Origin: Geosiphon pyriformis uo1
Taxonomy: Eukaryota > Fungi > Glomeromycota
DNA: 64,000 nucleotides
NCBI GenBank assembly: GCA_016748015.1
Contig: JAAOMT010000109.1
Location: 207,820 to 271,819, forward strand
Direction: 5' to 3'
The translations under genes were made by a program, and so were the position numbers. Positions 52,387 to 64,000 of this stretch are shown here, one piece after another (positions within the stretch are counted from its first letter, which is position 1; each line of letters starts with the position of its first letter). The notes under the pieces were generated by a model. The model made no database searches, had not been told where the DNA came from, and was given only the letters and a program-made list of their open reading frames with translations.

Positions 52387-54099
52387 ATTGAGAAATCTTA
52401 ATTCTAAAGAAACTTGATATTAAAAGAAATTATTCAGCTGTTGGAAAATAATTATAAATTTTTTTTCAATCATCCCTGTAAAATCATTAAATCATCAAAT
52501 AAAGCGCGTGGAATTGGTACTATTTTTGGCTCAATTTTGGATATCCAAACCAATCACGGATTAACCGGTCTACCAGCGCAAAGTTGCAAGCACTCCCCAG
52601 GGCATTCTACAATGTTACTTAAGTACAAAATTTCTAATACTCAACTTTATCCATGTGTTCGGGTTGGGGACATGCAGTGAAGTTGTTGGGGCTTGTTTCA
52701 CAGTATTTGTCACTTGTGCTGATAATCAGATACGATTATCATCATTGATCAGAATAAAAACAAGTTATTATTAATAGAAAATTTGATCTTTATTGTGCGT
52801 GACGTTTTCACAGCTTCCCGCCTTGACGCATTTATGAGGACGAAAAATCCACCACTTGCAATTTCTTCCCAAGGTTCCCCCGCCAAGAGAATGCAAGTGC
52901 TCCCAGAACAATTTTTTAAAGAATAATTCTCTTTTTTTACCACACATTCAGGTTACCCATTATAGCAGCGGAGGATTCCCTAGCTCTTAAAGGGTGATCA
53001 GTTTTGAATAGTATAATAAACAGTTAAACCTCAAATAATGATAATTTCTTCTTTGATTAGCCATTTTCTGCTCTCAAAGATATCTGCTGTGACAATCCTT
53101 GTTTTATACAATAATTTTTGTTCTTAAGAATTCTTAAGATAAACCATTTCTAAGTTTAATTATTTTTAATAGATTATATTGCCCCAATTTTTCAAAATTT
53201 TTTGATTGCACCAACTTTTTTTTAAATAGAAGTTAATATCACTTTAATATGCATAATAAAATAAAGTCTTTAATACATTTAATATAAAATAATCAGTTTT
53301 ATTAATTTCAACAAAATAGGTAGTTACTCAATTCTAACATTATTTATTTTAAATTGAGAGGAATTTAATTTTTTAAACTTTTTTTTGTACAATTTTAAGC
53401 AATATGATTTTGCTTTTGATTATTAATTTTGACAATGAAAGTTAAAATAATCAAATGCATCAAGAAATTAAATAATAAAAGTGTGCATAATTTTAATTTC
53501 AAATTTTAATTAATAACAGAATAAAACCCAAAAATAATTGAAACTGAATACATAAATAAAAAAAAAGATAGTGTTTTTAAAATACATATATTTTTATTAA
53601 TATTAGTATTTATATATTTGTATTAATAACTAAAATAAGTTTATATTTTTGTTTTTAAATAAATATAAGAATATATATATAATTATGTTTTAAGAAAAAA
53701 TATATTAATATAATTATTAAAAAAATTATTCACTCTATTTATATTTTTATTTATACACAAATTGCAATTTTATCCTTATATCGTTATTTTTATTATTATT
53801 TTGTGTATTTATTTAAACCAACTACAAGTTTTTAATATATATGTTTTTAATAGTATATTTTTTAAAAAAAATTATTCATTTAGATTTTCATATTAGTATC
53901 TTGAATGAGTAAAAACATAAAATTTTATTAATAAAATCTTTAATGTAATAATATATTATATTTGAGCATAATATATAAATTTGTTTTTTATTAATATTGT
54001 TAAAGTTTTTTTATGTTATTAAGTGTTGTAATTCTAATTAATTAGATTTATATATTAATTAATAATATTTTTTTTTCTAAATTTTATTATTAAAACAAA

Positions 54100-55295
54100 A
54101 GATAAGAAAGAAATAGTTATTATTTTTTTTATAATAGTTAATAGTGTTACAATTTAAAAAATTCTTTTAGTTGTAAAAATAGTTAAACAAAATATTATAA
54201 AAATTTTTAATTAATAACATAAAAACTAAATCAACTTTTTTTTCTAAATAAATTACTAATTTAAATGGTATTTAAAAAACAATATTAAGCTTTTTTATGT
54301 GAAATTTATACTTCAAAGTTTTTTAAATATTGTTATTAAATGTGAATTTGTTGAAATTATTTTTCTTATTATTTTTTGTAATATTTTTTTAATCACATTT
54401 TTTGACAATTTTAACATATTTAATAAAGTTTTTATTAGTAGTAATATACTTTAAAATTTTTGAATTTGTTTGTATAATATATTTAAAACCAAGTTGATTA
54501 ATTTTTTTGATTTTATTATTTTTAAATTTAGTAATATAATTGCTTAAATACATGTTTTATTTTTTAATTACTTAATTTTAACTATATTTAAAGATATATT
54601 ATTGTTATTTTAAGTTTTAATAAGCTTTGAATATTGCTATTGCTAAAACTGATATTTTAAAAAGGAATTATATTTGGTAAAAACTTTTAAATATCAGTAT
54701 TATTATAAGTATTAAGGTTTAAATTATCTGACTTTTGAATATTAAACTGTTTTTTGGTCTGTCAAAGTTTGTTTTTAAGCTATTTATTATGTTTAAAAAG
54801 TTTTTATAAACTAATTTTTTGGCTTTGTTTTTTTTATTAAAGTTATTATTTTATCTGTTGTGTTTTATTTTATTATTATATTTAATAAAATATTTAAATT
54901 TAGATTAGATTTTTTGAAATCTAAATCGCAAAATTTAATTTCTTTAATGAAATTTTTAATAGAATTTTTTGGTGACTTAATTCATTTTTTTACTTATTTC
55001 TAAAAATAAATCCAATATAAAAATAAATAACTAATTCTTTTTTTTGGAGATTTAAGTTAATTTAAAAAAATATGATATATATTAATTAATTAATAAATAA
55101 AAAAATAGGTAGTTGTAAACTTGTAAAAAATAATATACTTGATTAATATTATTATTTTGTTTTAATTAAGTTGTATTTATTTTAAATACTTAAATTCTTA
55201 ATTATTTAATAATACATTTTTTTTATGAATTTATCATTTTTTTGTTGATTTTTTAAAATATTATCCAAATATTATTCGAAATATTCAAAATTGTG

Positions 55296-55392
<97 letters not shown>
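54100..55392 (+). mobile_element. Highly decayed copy of the ORF1 element family, ending near a (TAA)n run
   Basis: 54475-54540 aligns to 3849-3910, and 54636-54745 aligns to 4021-4133 (second RRM and knuckle region). Boundaries are approximate. Confidence 0.65.
55297..55392 (+). repeat. (TAA)32 microsatellite, probably an expanded retroelement tail
   Basis: Perfect TAA repeat of 96 bp. Confidence 0.95.
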
Positions 55393-55393
<1 letters not shown>

Positions 55394-55889
55394 CAAAATG
55401 TGAAATAAAATAATAGAAATTAAGAATAATTTGTTTATTAGGCCAAATATTAGCTTTTTAATATTTTTAATAAAATATATAAATATATTAAAAAATTCTT
55501 TTATTTTAAATAATTGTTTGCAATTTTTGTTTTTAAATTTTTTTGTTGTAAATACAATTGAAAGTTTAATTGATAATTCTGTTTACAATTTTTCACTGTT
55601 TTTTTTTTTCAAACTTCAAATTTTTAATTGAAAAAAATCAAATTGAAATCAAAGATTTTATTTATAAGTGTGAAAAGTATGAAAATAAAACGGGAGACTA
55701 ATATTTTAATTCTCTTTGTTTTATCGATATTGTTTCCACATGCAAAAAAAAACCAATATTAAAGAATTTTAATTTTGTATTTTTTTATGAGTAAATTGTG
55801 AAAAACCTTAGTTTTAAAATTTCACATTTCATTATCAATGCACTCAAATTTTAGATTTTGAAAATGTTTAAAAATAAGAAAAATAAGAA

Positions 55890-56427
55890 AAAGTGGTTAA
55901 ATATTTAAAAATTAATATTTGCCTAGTTCAGCCCAGCCATTGTATCTTTAATTTTACATTTGGATATATCCAAATCTTTACACTCCTCATTAAACCTTTT
56001 ACCTTTTTCTTCTTTTTCACAAATGTCAAACTTGCCTGGACTTTCTCTTCTTGTCCTTGCTGTTGTTGTCAATCTATATATGCTGCTGACAGTTCTTTAT
56101 TGATCTCTGTTCCTACATCCTGCAGATCAAGACAGTGTTAATTGCAAAAATGTCGAATTGCAATAGTATAGATTGATGCGTTATTTTCTGAACCATGATA
56201 ATTTTGGTGCTATTAAGATAGATGTGCCCGAGGAGGTCATAGACAAGTTCATAGTAGGCAACTATAGTCTATTAAATTGGAAGAGAGGCATAAGGATAAT
56301 ATTCACACAAATACAAATGTGAAAGTAAAGCTGGCTCGCAAGCCTGATCAAAGCTGAACTAGTCCCGAATCTGGTCAAACTAAACCGGGCTTCTGAACAA
56401 TTTGATCCGGCTCGCAAACTACCACTG
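55890..56427 (-). mobile_element. Possible DNA transposon relic with a TnpB/Fanzor-like N-terminal peptide
   Basis: Local GC island. The minus strand reads KKKKKVKGLMRSVKIWIYPNVKLKIQWLG*TR. A repeated ggctcgcaa motif lies near a terminus-like cagtggtagtttgcgagccgg ending at 56427. Confidence 0.3.
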
Positions 56428-57685
56428 CGAGTCATGTGATTTATGTGATTATTTATTAGATATACACAAACATGACTAATAATTCAAATAAAAAAGAAAG
56501 TTTTAAATATTTTGCTATTTGTTATAACTCAATTTTTTATACATTCTAAAAAGTATTCTCTTTTCTTGTATCTATGTAAAATATCGCTGTATTTTGAATT
56601 TTTTTAAAGTGAGTCCCTATATTAATGGGTAAATTACACTCAAGCAAACGATATATATAATTTGAAATTTAGTGAAGTTTAGAGACAACATTCCAATTTT
56701 TCAAAACAAAAAAAAAGTTGTATCTCCTGTCATTCTTATAGGAAATAACGTCATATACTAAGAACTTATATCACAAAGGAAAGTTTTTAATACGTGTATT
56801 GGGCAATGCTGTCAAATATTTTTCCCTGAACTAAATGAAGAAACCTATAAATTAGTTTAAGAAAGATTTCGAGTATTTATTTAGAAGGCGACTTGGAACT
56901 TTCAATATATAGTATGGGGATAGTTTTTGCTACTTGCTTGAGAAAAGAAATTTTTTATGGTTTAAAATCTATATTTTAACTTTTAATTTTCTATTTAAAA
57001 CGCTAATTTATCTCTTTTTCCTATATAAAAACGATAATCTTAAAACGGAGAAATCGGCGATAAATCTTATAATGGTAAAACTTCAAAAAAGATATATTAC
57101 AATACCAATAATTGGTTATTGGTATTGTACACCATTTGCCTAAGCTTATTTTTGCTTTTTTTAACATGTTATAATTAATAATAGTTCCTCTAGACACCTT
57201 AATTGTTTAATAGTCTGGTGTCAGAAAGTTCTGAAAATGATTAAATAAAAAATGAAACATTTATCGATAAAAATAATGCGGAAATACAAAAGTAATATAA
57301 AAAAATAAATCAATTGCTAATATATAATCGTGACAAAAAGATCTCGTTGGACGAAATCTACCTTTTACTCAATAATTATGAGCTAGGAACTAACTGTCGT
57401 TCATTCACTTTGAAGATAATGTATTGCATCCACAATTTGATGACTCACATATTGCACATTTTTCCTAAGTCACAAAACAATGCTTAATATCGAAATAAAT
57501 AAGAATTTTTACAAATTGAACTTTTTTTGTATTTTACAGAAATATCAAATTGAATCTTGAAATCACGGATAATGCTATCAAAGATTTAAACGCGAAACTT
57601 TAAACATGCTTTCCTATATGTCTCTTCGAATTTTATAATTCAAGAATAAGAACTATAGAAAAACCTTCCTTCCATCATTTGATAG

Positions 57686-59015
57686 CTAATTTCTCTTTAT
57701 TAAGATACGATTCAACAATCGCCTCTTCTTTCTTTCTCGCTTCACATCTTTACTCAAGATTTCACTCAGTGATCGACTGATGTAAATCGCTTTATCATTT
57801 GGAAGAAATTGTCGATATTCAGTACACACCTTATAAGGTATCCAACTCTCGATCATATCCTCACGAAGCCATTTCATTAGAATTTCCTCAATCTCATATA
57901 TTGTTGGGCGTTTATTCGGATCTTCGTCCCAGCAATTTTTCATCAATTTAGCATAACAATCTGGTGTCTCTTGATCAATCGTCGGTCTTAAGCCATTGAG
58001 AATTTTCTGAACGAGAATACTGTCGTGCGGAAATTGGGCGAAGGGAGGATCAGAGTACCGGGATGCAACTTCCCACATTATTATGCCGAAACTGTAAATA
58101 TCAGCTTCAGGTGAATATTTTCCATATTGTAAGATTTCTGGGGCTAGGTATGGAATGACTCCCCAAACTTCTCTGGGTTCCGTTGATGGGGGCAGATTTA
58201 TGGGTCTACGCTGACCAATATCAGTAATCTTGAGATCAATTCCATAGGGATCAGATAAAATATTTCCACAATGTAAATTTCCATGAACATATCCTTCTGT
58301 GTGTATTGATTCAAGACCACTTGCAAGACCTCCTAATAGTAGAATTTTCATTCGCCAAGAGAAGTTTGTCCAGTTATATCGTAGTTCATGACTTAAGTTG
58401 CCTCCAGCTGCGTACCACATAACCAGAACCAAATCATTTGTTTTAGGGTCTTTTGAAAGACCGTAAATTCGACAAATATTATTGTTCCAAAGGGATTGTA
58501 AAATAAAGCGATTTATAGATTTCAGCTAAAGGATCAACAAAAAATGATTTTTTGCTGGAATTTAGTGCATCCGATACCCAAAAATGCAAAAAAAAATTAA
58601 TTTTATTTCAATTCGATACCTCTGACAGAAAGCTTTCACATCCATCAGATGAATTCCGAAAAGTTTTCAAAGCAACTTTAAGGCTTCCCCCTCGTTCCAA
58701 TTTCTTCTTTGTCCTATCAAACCCGATCACCTTACCGCTCTTCCAATCACACTTATCCACCCTTCCATATTGACCTTGACCTATCAGTTCAATATTTTTA
58801 AATTCAGTGTATGAAATCCATTCAAACCAAGGCCATTCGTCTAGCCATCCATTTCCAGCATTAATTTGGGCATTTCTGATAACTTCATCAATAAAACTAT
58901 TTCCGCTTGTCCACGATGGAATATCACATGTTGGACAGATTTTTAATGTATGATTCCAAACTTTATGACATTGAGAACAGTTTATAGCTTTAAGTTTTGA
59001 TTCCTCTGGATGCAT
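57686..59015 (-). CDS. TKL-type protein kinase-like protein with N-terminal CxxC..CxxC; HRD replaced by HGN
   Basis: Exons 59015-58620 and 58525-57686. GQGQYG, VALK, HGNLHCGN, ITDIG, PYLAPE, DIYSFGIIMWE, CWDEDPNKRP; reading frame intact. Confidence 0.9.
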
Positions 59016-60498
59016 TTTTCATAAAAACGAAAAGTAACTTTTTAGAGAATCAGATAAATGCATGAAAGACTGTATAAATATAAGGTTAATCCAAGATATT
59101 TAGATTAAACGAATTTTTTCAAACCAAACACTAATTTATGTACCACATAATCAGCATTGGAAAGATGACCAATAAAAATTTCTATGCTATATTGCATGCA
59201 GTTAGTAATTTCATTTCCAAGTTTAGAGTTTTAAATTGCAGATTAAAAGCCACACATTTTTGAATTCGTTTTTTCAAAGGAACATATGATTTTGAATGAT
59301 CATCGAAAATGTCTTTGCTAATCGAAATATTTATATTAGAGTTGCATAATAAAAATCGCAATGAACCAGTTACAAGATCTTCAATTAATGAATTAATTAA
59401 AATACATAATAGAGCTCTTCTAGGAGTATAAATTTAGTTTGGTTCAAAATTTCATCAAATTATTAAAATGTATCTTTATTTGTGAGGATATAAATATTTT
59501 CACATGCTGTGTGTTATTAATTACGAATATTTTTTAACAAAACGTACCAGTGAATGAAGACTTTGAACGCAAGATTTTATTTTTCAGGTAGTTTTTAGAT
59601 TAAAAATTACGACCAATTAAAGGAAAAAGAATAAATTATAAAAAAATAAAGTGAATTATTCCTTTCTTTGAAAACTCTTTATATTCAGAAAATTGGTTTA
59701 ATAGGAATTCAAGAGTGTAACTTTACACAATTTTCTTTTGGGTTGGGACAAAAAAATTCAAGATATATATGATTTGGGAAAATTAAAAATGCATTTTATA
59801 TAATAATAATCTTCTTTGTTAGTTTTTTCTGTAATTAAATTAATCGAATGAAATAAATGGTATTGAAAGTACGTACCACTCAAAGTTGTAATATTTAGAT
59901 GAACTGTGTATTATAAACAATAATTTAATGAATTTAAAAATTCATAACAATAGATGTTAATAGAGTTTTGAAAAAGAAAAAAGTAAAAAGACAATAAAAA
60001 TTTATTATAGAATACAAGATAAATTGGAAGGGACGTTTATCTTAAATTTTTTTTTCTGAAAAAAAAAACCCCCCTTTAAAAATTTAAAAGTTTTTAAAAT
60101 AATATTTTGTAATTAATTTGTTTTATAAATTGAATTTGTGATTTTAATTTCAAATTTTATATATATTTCCGAAGATTGACTATTGTAAAAGAAAGTAATT
60201 TGTAAATAAATGCTTAAATTGATACCTATTTTTTATATAGATTTATTAAAAATTTAAAGCTTTAAATTTTTGGCGCAATCTTAAGTTATTTTGGGTTTAA
60301 ATTTTTAACTTTGGGTCTTTGATTGGTGAACTTTTTGTGTGTACCAAAAGTTAAAAATTATTCTCCTGAAAAAATGTGTGTTCCAGATGCGAAAATTCTC
60401 GTAACTTTCCAAAATCATCTGGAACCAGTTTATAAGCAAAATGTTTAAAAATAAAGCGAGGGTTCTAAATAAAATGATTTACCAAATTGGAATTCAAA

Positions 60499-60782
60499 TT
60501 AAGTATGTCCTTTGATCGTCCATCGTGGGTCTTTTACGGGCTTACAAGGAGTAAAATAAAAACATTAAAATTTTACTTCCCGAGCCTAAAGATTAAGATT
60601 TGAAGATTTGATTGAAAACATCTTACCCAATGGCCTTTTGTACGTCTATGCTGGTAAAGAGATTTATTGGTCTTGAACGTTTTTTTACACCAATTACAAC
60701 AAAATTTCTTGCGAATTTTTTTGTTTCTTCGTTTTTTTAAATTTTCTTCATCTTCATTATAAATCAAAAATTTGCGTGCCAT
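60499..60782 (-). CDS. Small basic protein with a single C2H2-type zinc finger
   Basis: FCCNWCKKTFKTNKSLYQHRRTKGH, followed by a GTAAG donor and a putative short second exon PVKDPRWTIKGHT*. Confidence 0.55.
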
Positions 60783-61545
60783 TTGGTGTAACTTTTATGT
60801 ATTTGCTGAGAAGAAATTTTGAAGTTATAATATATAGTTGTAGAGTCTTTGTTTTTTGTTTTGTTACAAGAGTCATCATTTACAGTATGTCATATGAAAT
60901 ATATTGATGGCACTATTGTTTTCTATATTAAGGATCATTCTTGTGGTTTAATCAAATTTATCAATGACGATATGAATGAAATTGTCCAAATATTTTATTC
61001 TCACACTTGAAAGCAAGATTAATTTCAAAGACAGCACATAAAAAAAGTTTAAAATTTTTATTATGTTGAGGTTGTAAAAGAATACCAAAATATTTAATAA
61101 AATTTCTGGATCAAAGTTCATTATCTAAATATAGTTATATTACTAGTCATTAAGTCCAAACTTTTGCTAAAATGAAAATGCATAATCAAATTAATAAATG
61201 ATTGAATTCTTAATAAAAGCTTTTCAACAGTAAATTTAAATATATCAGGTTTTATTTTTCATGTCTTTAATTCCATAATAACAATTATTCAAATATATTA
61301 AAATAAATTTATTTGTAAAATTAGAATCAAAAATAAAAATAATTCTTAAATTAATTCTTGGACCCATTTTTTAAATGTTAAGGTTTTTAATTGTTTGAAG
61401 TTTAATATACGTTAAAATTTTTGAGATATCAAACAAAATCTTTGAAAAATTTTTATGTTTATTGTAAAAATTAAGAAAACTTCTTAAAATATCCTCATAT
61501 CACTTATTTTGAAACAATTTTTACACATAACTTAATTTTAAATAT

Positions 61546-62167
61546 TGTTACGGTTGAAACTTTTACTTTTTACTTTTCATTTATTTACTTAATCATAGTT
61601 AGTTACATGTATTAGCCATTGATGTCATTAGTTAGCCACCCTATTTTTAGAAGTAGTCGTTGACTCGATCATTGACTTAGTCGTTGACTTGGTCATTGAC
61701 TCTATCATTGACCTGATCATTGATCCCTTTTTAAGAGTATATAACTGAGACTTCCCAAAGCTGTAGAAATACATCCACACTCAGATCAAATTCATTCAAA
61801 GCAAAGATCAATACAATCATATCAAACTCCTTTATTTCCTTTTCTTGATTTGTATAATTGTTAGTTTTTGTGAAGTATATTGAATAAACATTTACTGAAA
61901 AGTACAACTGATACCTGATATTGAGGCATAGAATTATACCAGTGTATTATCTTTTGTTGACAGTACAAACTAACCCTCTACCTTCAGATTTCTTTGTTAC
62001 CTTTTTGGAAAGAATAGTGACAGAGATATTTATGAGACTGATCTCGCATATTGAATCCTTACTAATTTAATTTACTCATTAAAGTTGAATTACCCTTTTA
62101 TTATTTTATTGTAATACAATACTGTTTTCCCTTGCTATCTATTAGCATGTTACCTTTGACTGTAACA
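61546..62167 (+). mobile_element. Solo LTR (622 bp) of an LTR retrotransposon
   Basis: Starts TGTTAC and ends GTAACA; flanked by the 4-bp direct repeat ATAT (61542-61545 and 62168-62171); internal TATATAA at 61738 and AATAAA at 61883. Confidence 0.85.
61656..61727 (+). repeat. Six 12-bp tandem repeats (consensus rTCrTTGACyyn) in the LTR U3 region
   Basis: gtcgttgactcg / atcattgactta / gtcgttgacttg / gtcattgactct / atcattgacctg / atcattgatccc. Confidence 0.9.
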
Positions 62168-62872
62168 ATATAAATCTTACTAATCAAATTGTAAAAAAAG
62201 GGGTAAAGTTCAACAAAATTTACAAATTTCACTTTTTAAAATCAAAAGTCATGTAAAGTAAGATAGAATGGTCTCAACCAAATTTTCTTAAAAATTATCT
62301 ATTGTGCTGTTTAATTAAAGAATTTGAGCCAATAATTTTAAATTTTTGTAAAGTTACTTTTGAAATTTTTTGATTTAATCTGCAAAATAATAATTTTTGG
62401 ATAAAATTTTTTCAGCAAAAAATAATAATAAATGTTTAAAACTGCGGCCAGGCTTCCCTTTTTTATATAGTTAAGTTCAATACATAATAATGATGAAAGT
62501 TTTTCGCCCTAAAACTCAAATGCCTAACCGGAGGGGGGGGGGGGAGCCAACATAAATAACTGTGTTTAAGGGCGCGTAAAAATTTTTGGATCATAAAATT
62601 TCAAATATTAGGCCCCTGAAAAAATCAAAAAAAGGGTCCAAAACACGTCCAAGTTTATATTTCAAAAAAAAGAAAAACAAATCATTCGATATAAAATCTG
62701 CTGACATCATCAATTTTTCTCATATTATATATACTCTTGCCGTAATTTACAAATTTCAAAAGTCAGATTTCAAAAGTCAAATTTCAAACTCATAAAACTT
62801 AAACACGTACTATAAGCTTCATGTATCGTAGGGTTTACTACAAAAAATACCTAAGGTTCTATAGTGATGAAG

Positions 62873-62891
62873 CTGTCTCTTATACACATCT
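62873..62891 (+). other. Tn5 mosaic end / Nextera adapter sequence (assembly artefact)
   Basis: Exact 19-mer CTGTCTCTTATACACATCT. Confidence 0.93.
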
Positions 62892-64000
62892 TGGTTACTT
62901 CTAAAAATCTAGATGGCGAAAGATCTGCAGAGAGTGAACGAGAAAAAAAGACATTGAGAGCCGAAAAACCAAATGACCCAAACAATTTGGTGGATACCTG
63001 GCAAAGCATAGCATGGGATAACGGGGCCAAAAAAACAAAGGTGATATCGACTCCTTTCTGTGAAAAGGAGACCGATAGTGATAAAATCCTCCTAATGGAG
63101 GAGAAAACTGATGAGACGAGGCAAGCTATTGAAGAAAATCTAGAAGACGCAGAAAATCTAGAAGACGAAGAAAACCTAGCAGACGAAGGAAATCTAGAAG
63201 GCGAAGGAAATCTGGAGCGCAAAGAAAATCTAGCAGACGAAGAAAATCTAGAACGCAAAGAAAATCTAGAAGACGAAGGAAATCTGGAGCGCAAAAAAAA
63301 TCTAGCAGACGAAGAAAATCTAGCAGACGAAGAAGATCTAGAAGACGAAGAAGATCTAGAAGACGAAGAAAACCTAGCAGACGAAGAAAATCTAGAACGC
63401 AAAGAAAATCTAGAACGCAAAGAAAATCTGGCAGACGAAGAAAATTTAGAACGCAAAGAAAATCTAGAAGACGAAGAAAATTTAGAACGCAAAGGAAATG
63501 AAAGTGAAGTAATTATGGAAAATAATAAAAATAAGATTACTCAACTGAGAGTGATTGAAGAAAAAACATTAAAAGTTCATCAAGAAATGGGAATATCGAG
63601 CGTTAATAATAAGGAAAATAATAATATTGAAGAGTCATCAGGAAGTATTGAAGGAGAAACAATAATGGAAAAGGGTTCTGAAAATAGAGATTTGGATAGT
63701 AAAGTAAATGAACTGAAAATGGCCAGAAAGGAATCACTGATACAAAATCACAATGAGGAGATTNNNNNNNNNNNNNNNNNNNNNNNNNNNNNNNNNNNNN
63801 NNNNNNNNNNNNNNNNNNNNNNNNNNNNNNNNNNNNNNNNNNNNNNNNNNNNNNNNNNNNNNNNNNNNNNNNNNNNNNNNNNNNNNNNNNNNAAATTAAA
63901 TATTGATGACTTTAGGAAAAGAAAATCGGATATTGAAGTGGATAGGTGGGTAGGAAGCAGGAAGAAGCAACACCTTGATTCAAAAGACAGAAAATTCAAT
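62892..64000 (+). CDS. Partial ORF for a highly charged Glu-rich protein with hexapeptide repeats
   Basis: Stop-free plus-strand frame from about 62867 to the N gap, with an open frame after the gap (KLNIDDFRKRKSDIEVDRW..). The listed minus-strand ORF is its antisense. The 5' end is unreliable because of the adapter. Confidence 0.55.
63134..63493 (+). repeat. About 20 copies of an 18-bp coding repeat (ENLEDE/ENLADE/ENLERK)
   Basis: Units gaaaatctagaagacgaa, gaaaatctagcagacgaa and gaaaatctagaacgcaaa. Confidence 0.95.
63764..63892. other. Assembly gap (129 N)
   Basis: Run of N. Confidence 1.

Noticed and set aside
62851-63492. 213-aa minus-strand Ser/Arg/Phe-rich ORF
   Set aside because: Antisense shadow of the plus-strand 18-bp coding repeat; it also runs through the adapter.
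61656-63493. 12-bp and 18-bp repeat arrays as CRISPR
   Set aside because: Contiguous tandem units with no unique spacers, eukaryotic context, no cas genes.
1-64000. tRNA, rRNA or snRNA genes
   Set aside because: None recognised by eye; tRNAscan-SE and Infernal would be needed to exclude them.

Overview
AT-rich, intron-containing eukaryotic DNA. The gene content (expanded TKL-type kinases, BTB/POZ proteins, class-3 lipase-like gene) points to an early-diverging fungus of the Glomeromycotina; it resembles Geosiphon pyriformis, but that assignment is inference. About 16 multi-exon genes or pseudogenes lie in moderately GC-rich islands separated by extremely AT-rich tracts of decayed retroelements. 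Genes: a B-box + DUF2009/UPF0652 protein, a class-3 lipase-like protein lacking catalytic Ser and His, a GRF zinc-finger protein, four paralogous MATH-like/BTB (SPOP-like) genes, a KCTD-type BTB gene, a two-TM membrane protein, a LanC-like gene divergent from a RUS1/DUF647 gene, one open TKL (pseudo)kinase, and three decayed kinase copies. Mobile DNA: a same-strand array at 1-5880 made of a LINE ORF2 3' end plus ORF1-only elements that share its 3' UTR, a further decayed copy at about 54-55.4 kb, a possible TnpB/Fanzor N-terminal fragment, and a solo LTR with an ATAT target-site duplication. Repeats and duplicated kinases are dominated by C>T/G>A transitions. A Nextera/Tn5 mosaic-end sequence at 62873-62891 and an N gap indicate assembly problems in the last 1.2 kb. 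Exon boundaries were read by eye and relic boundaries are approximate.
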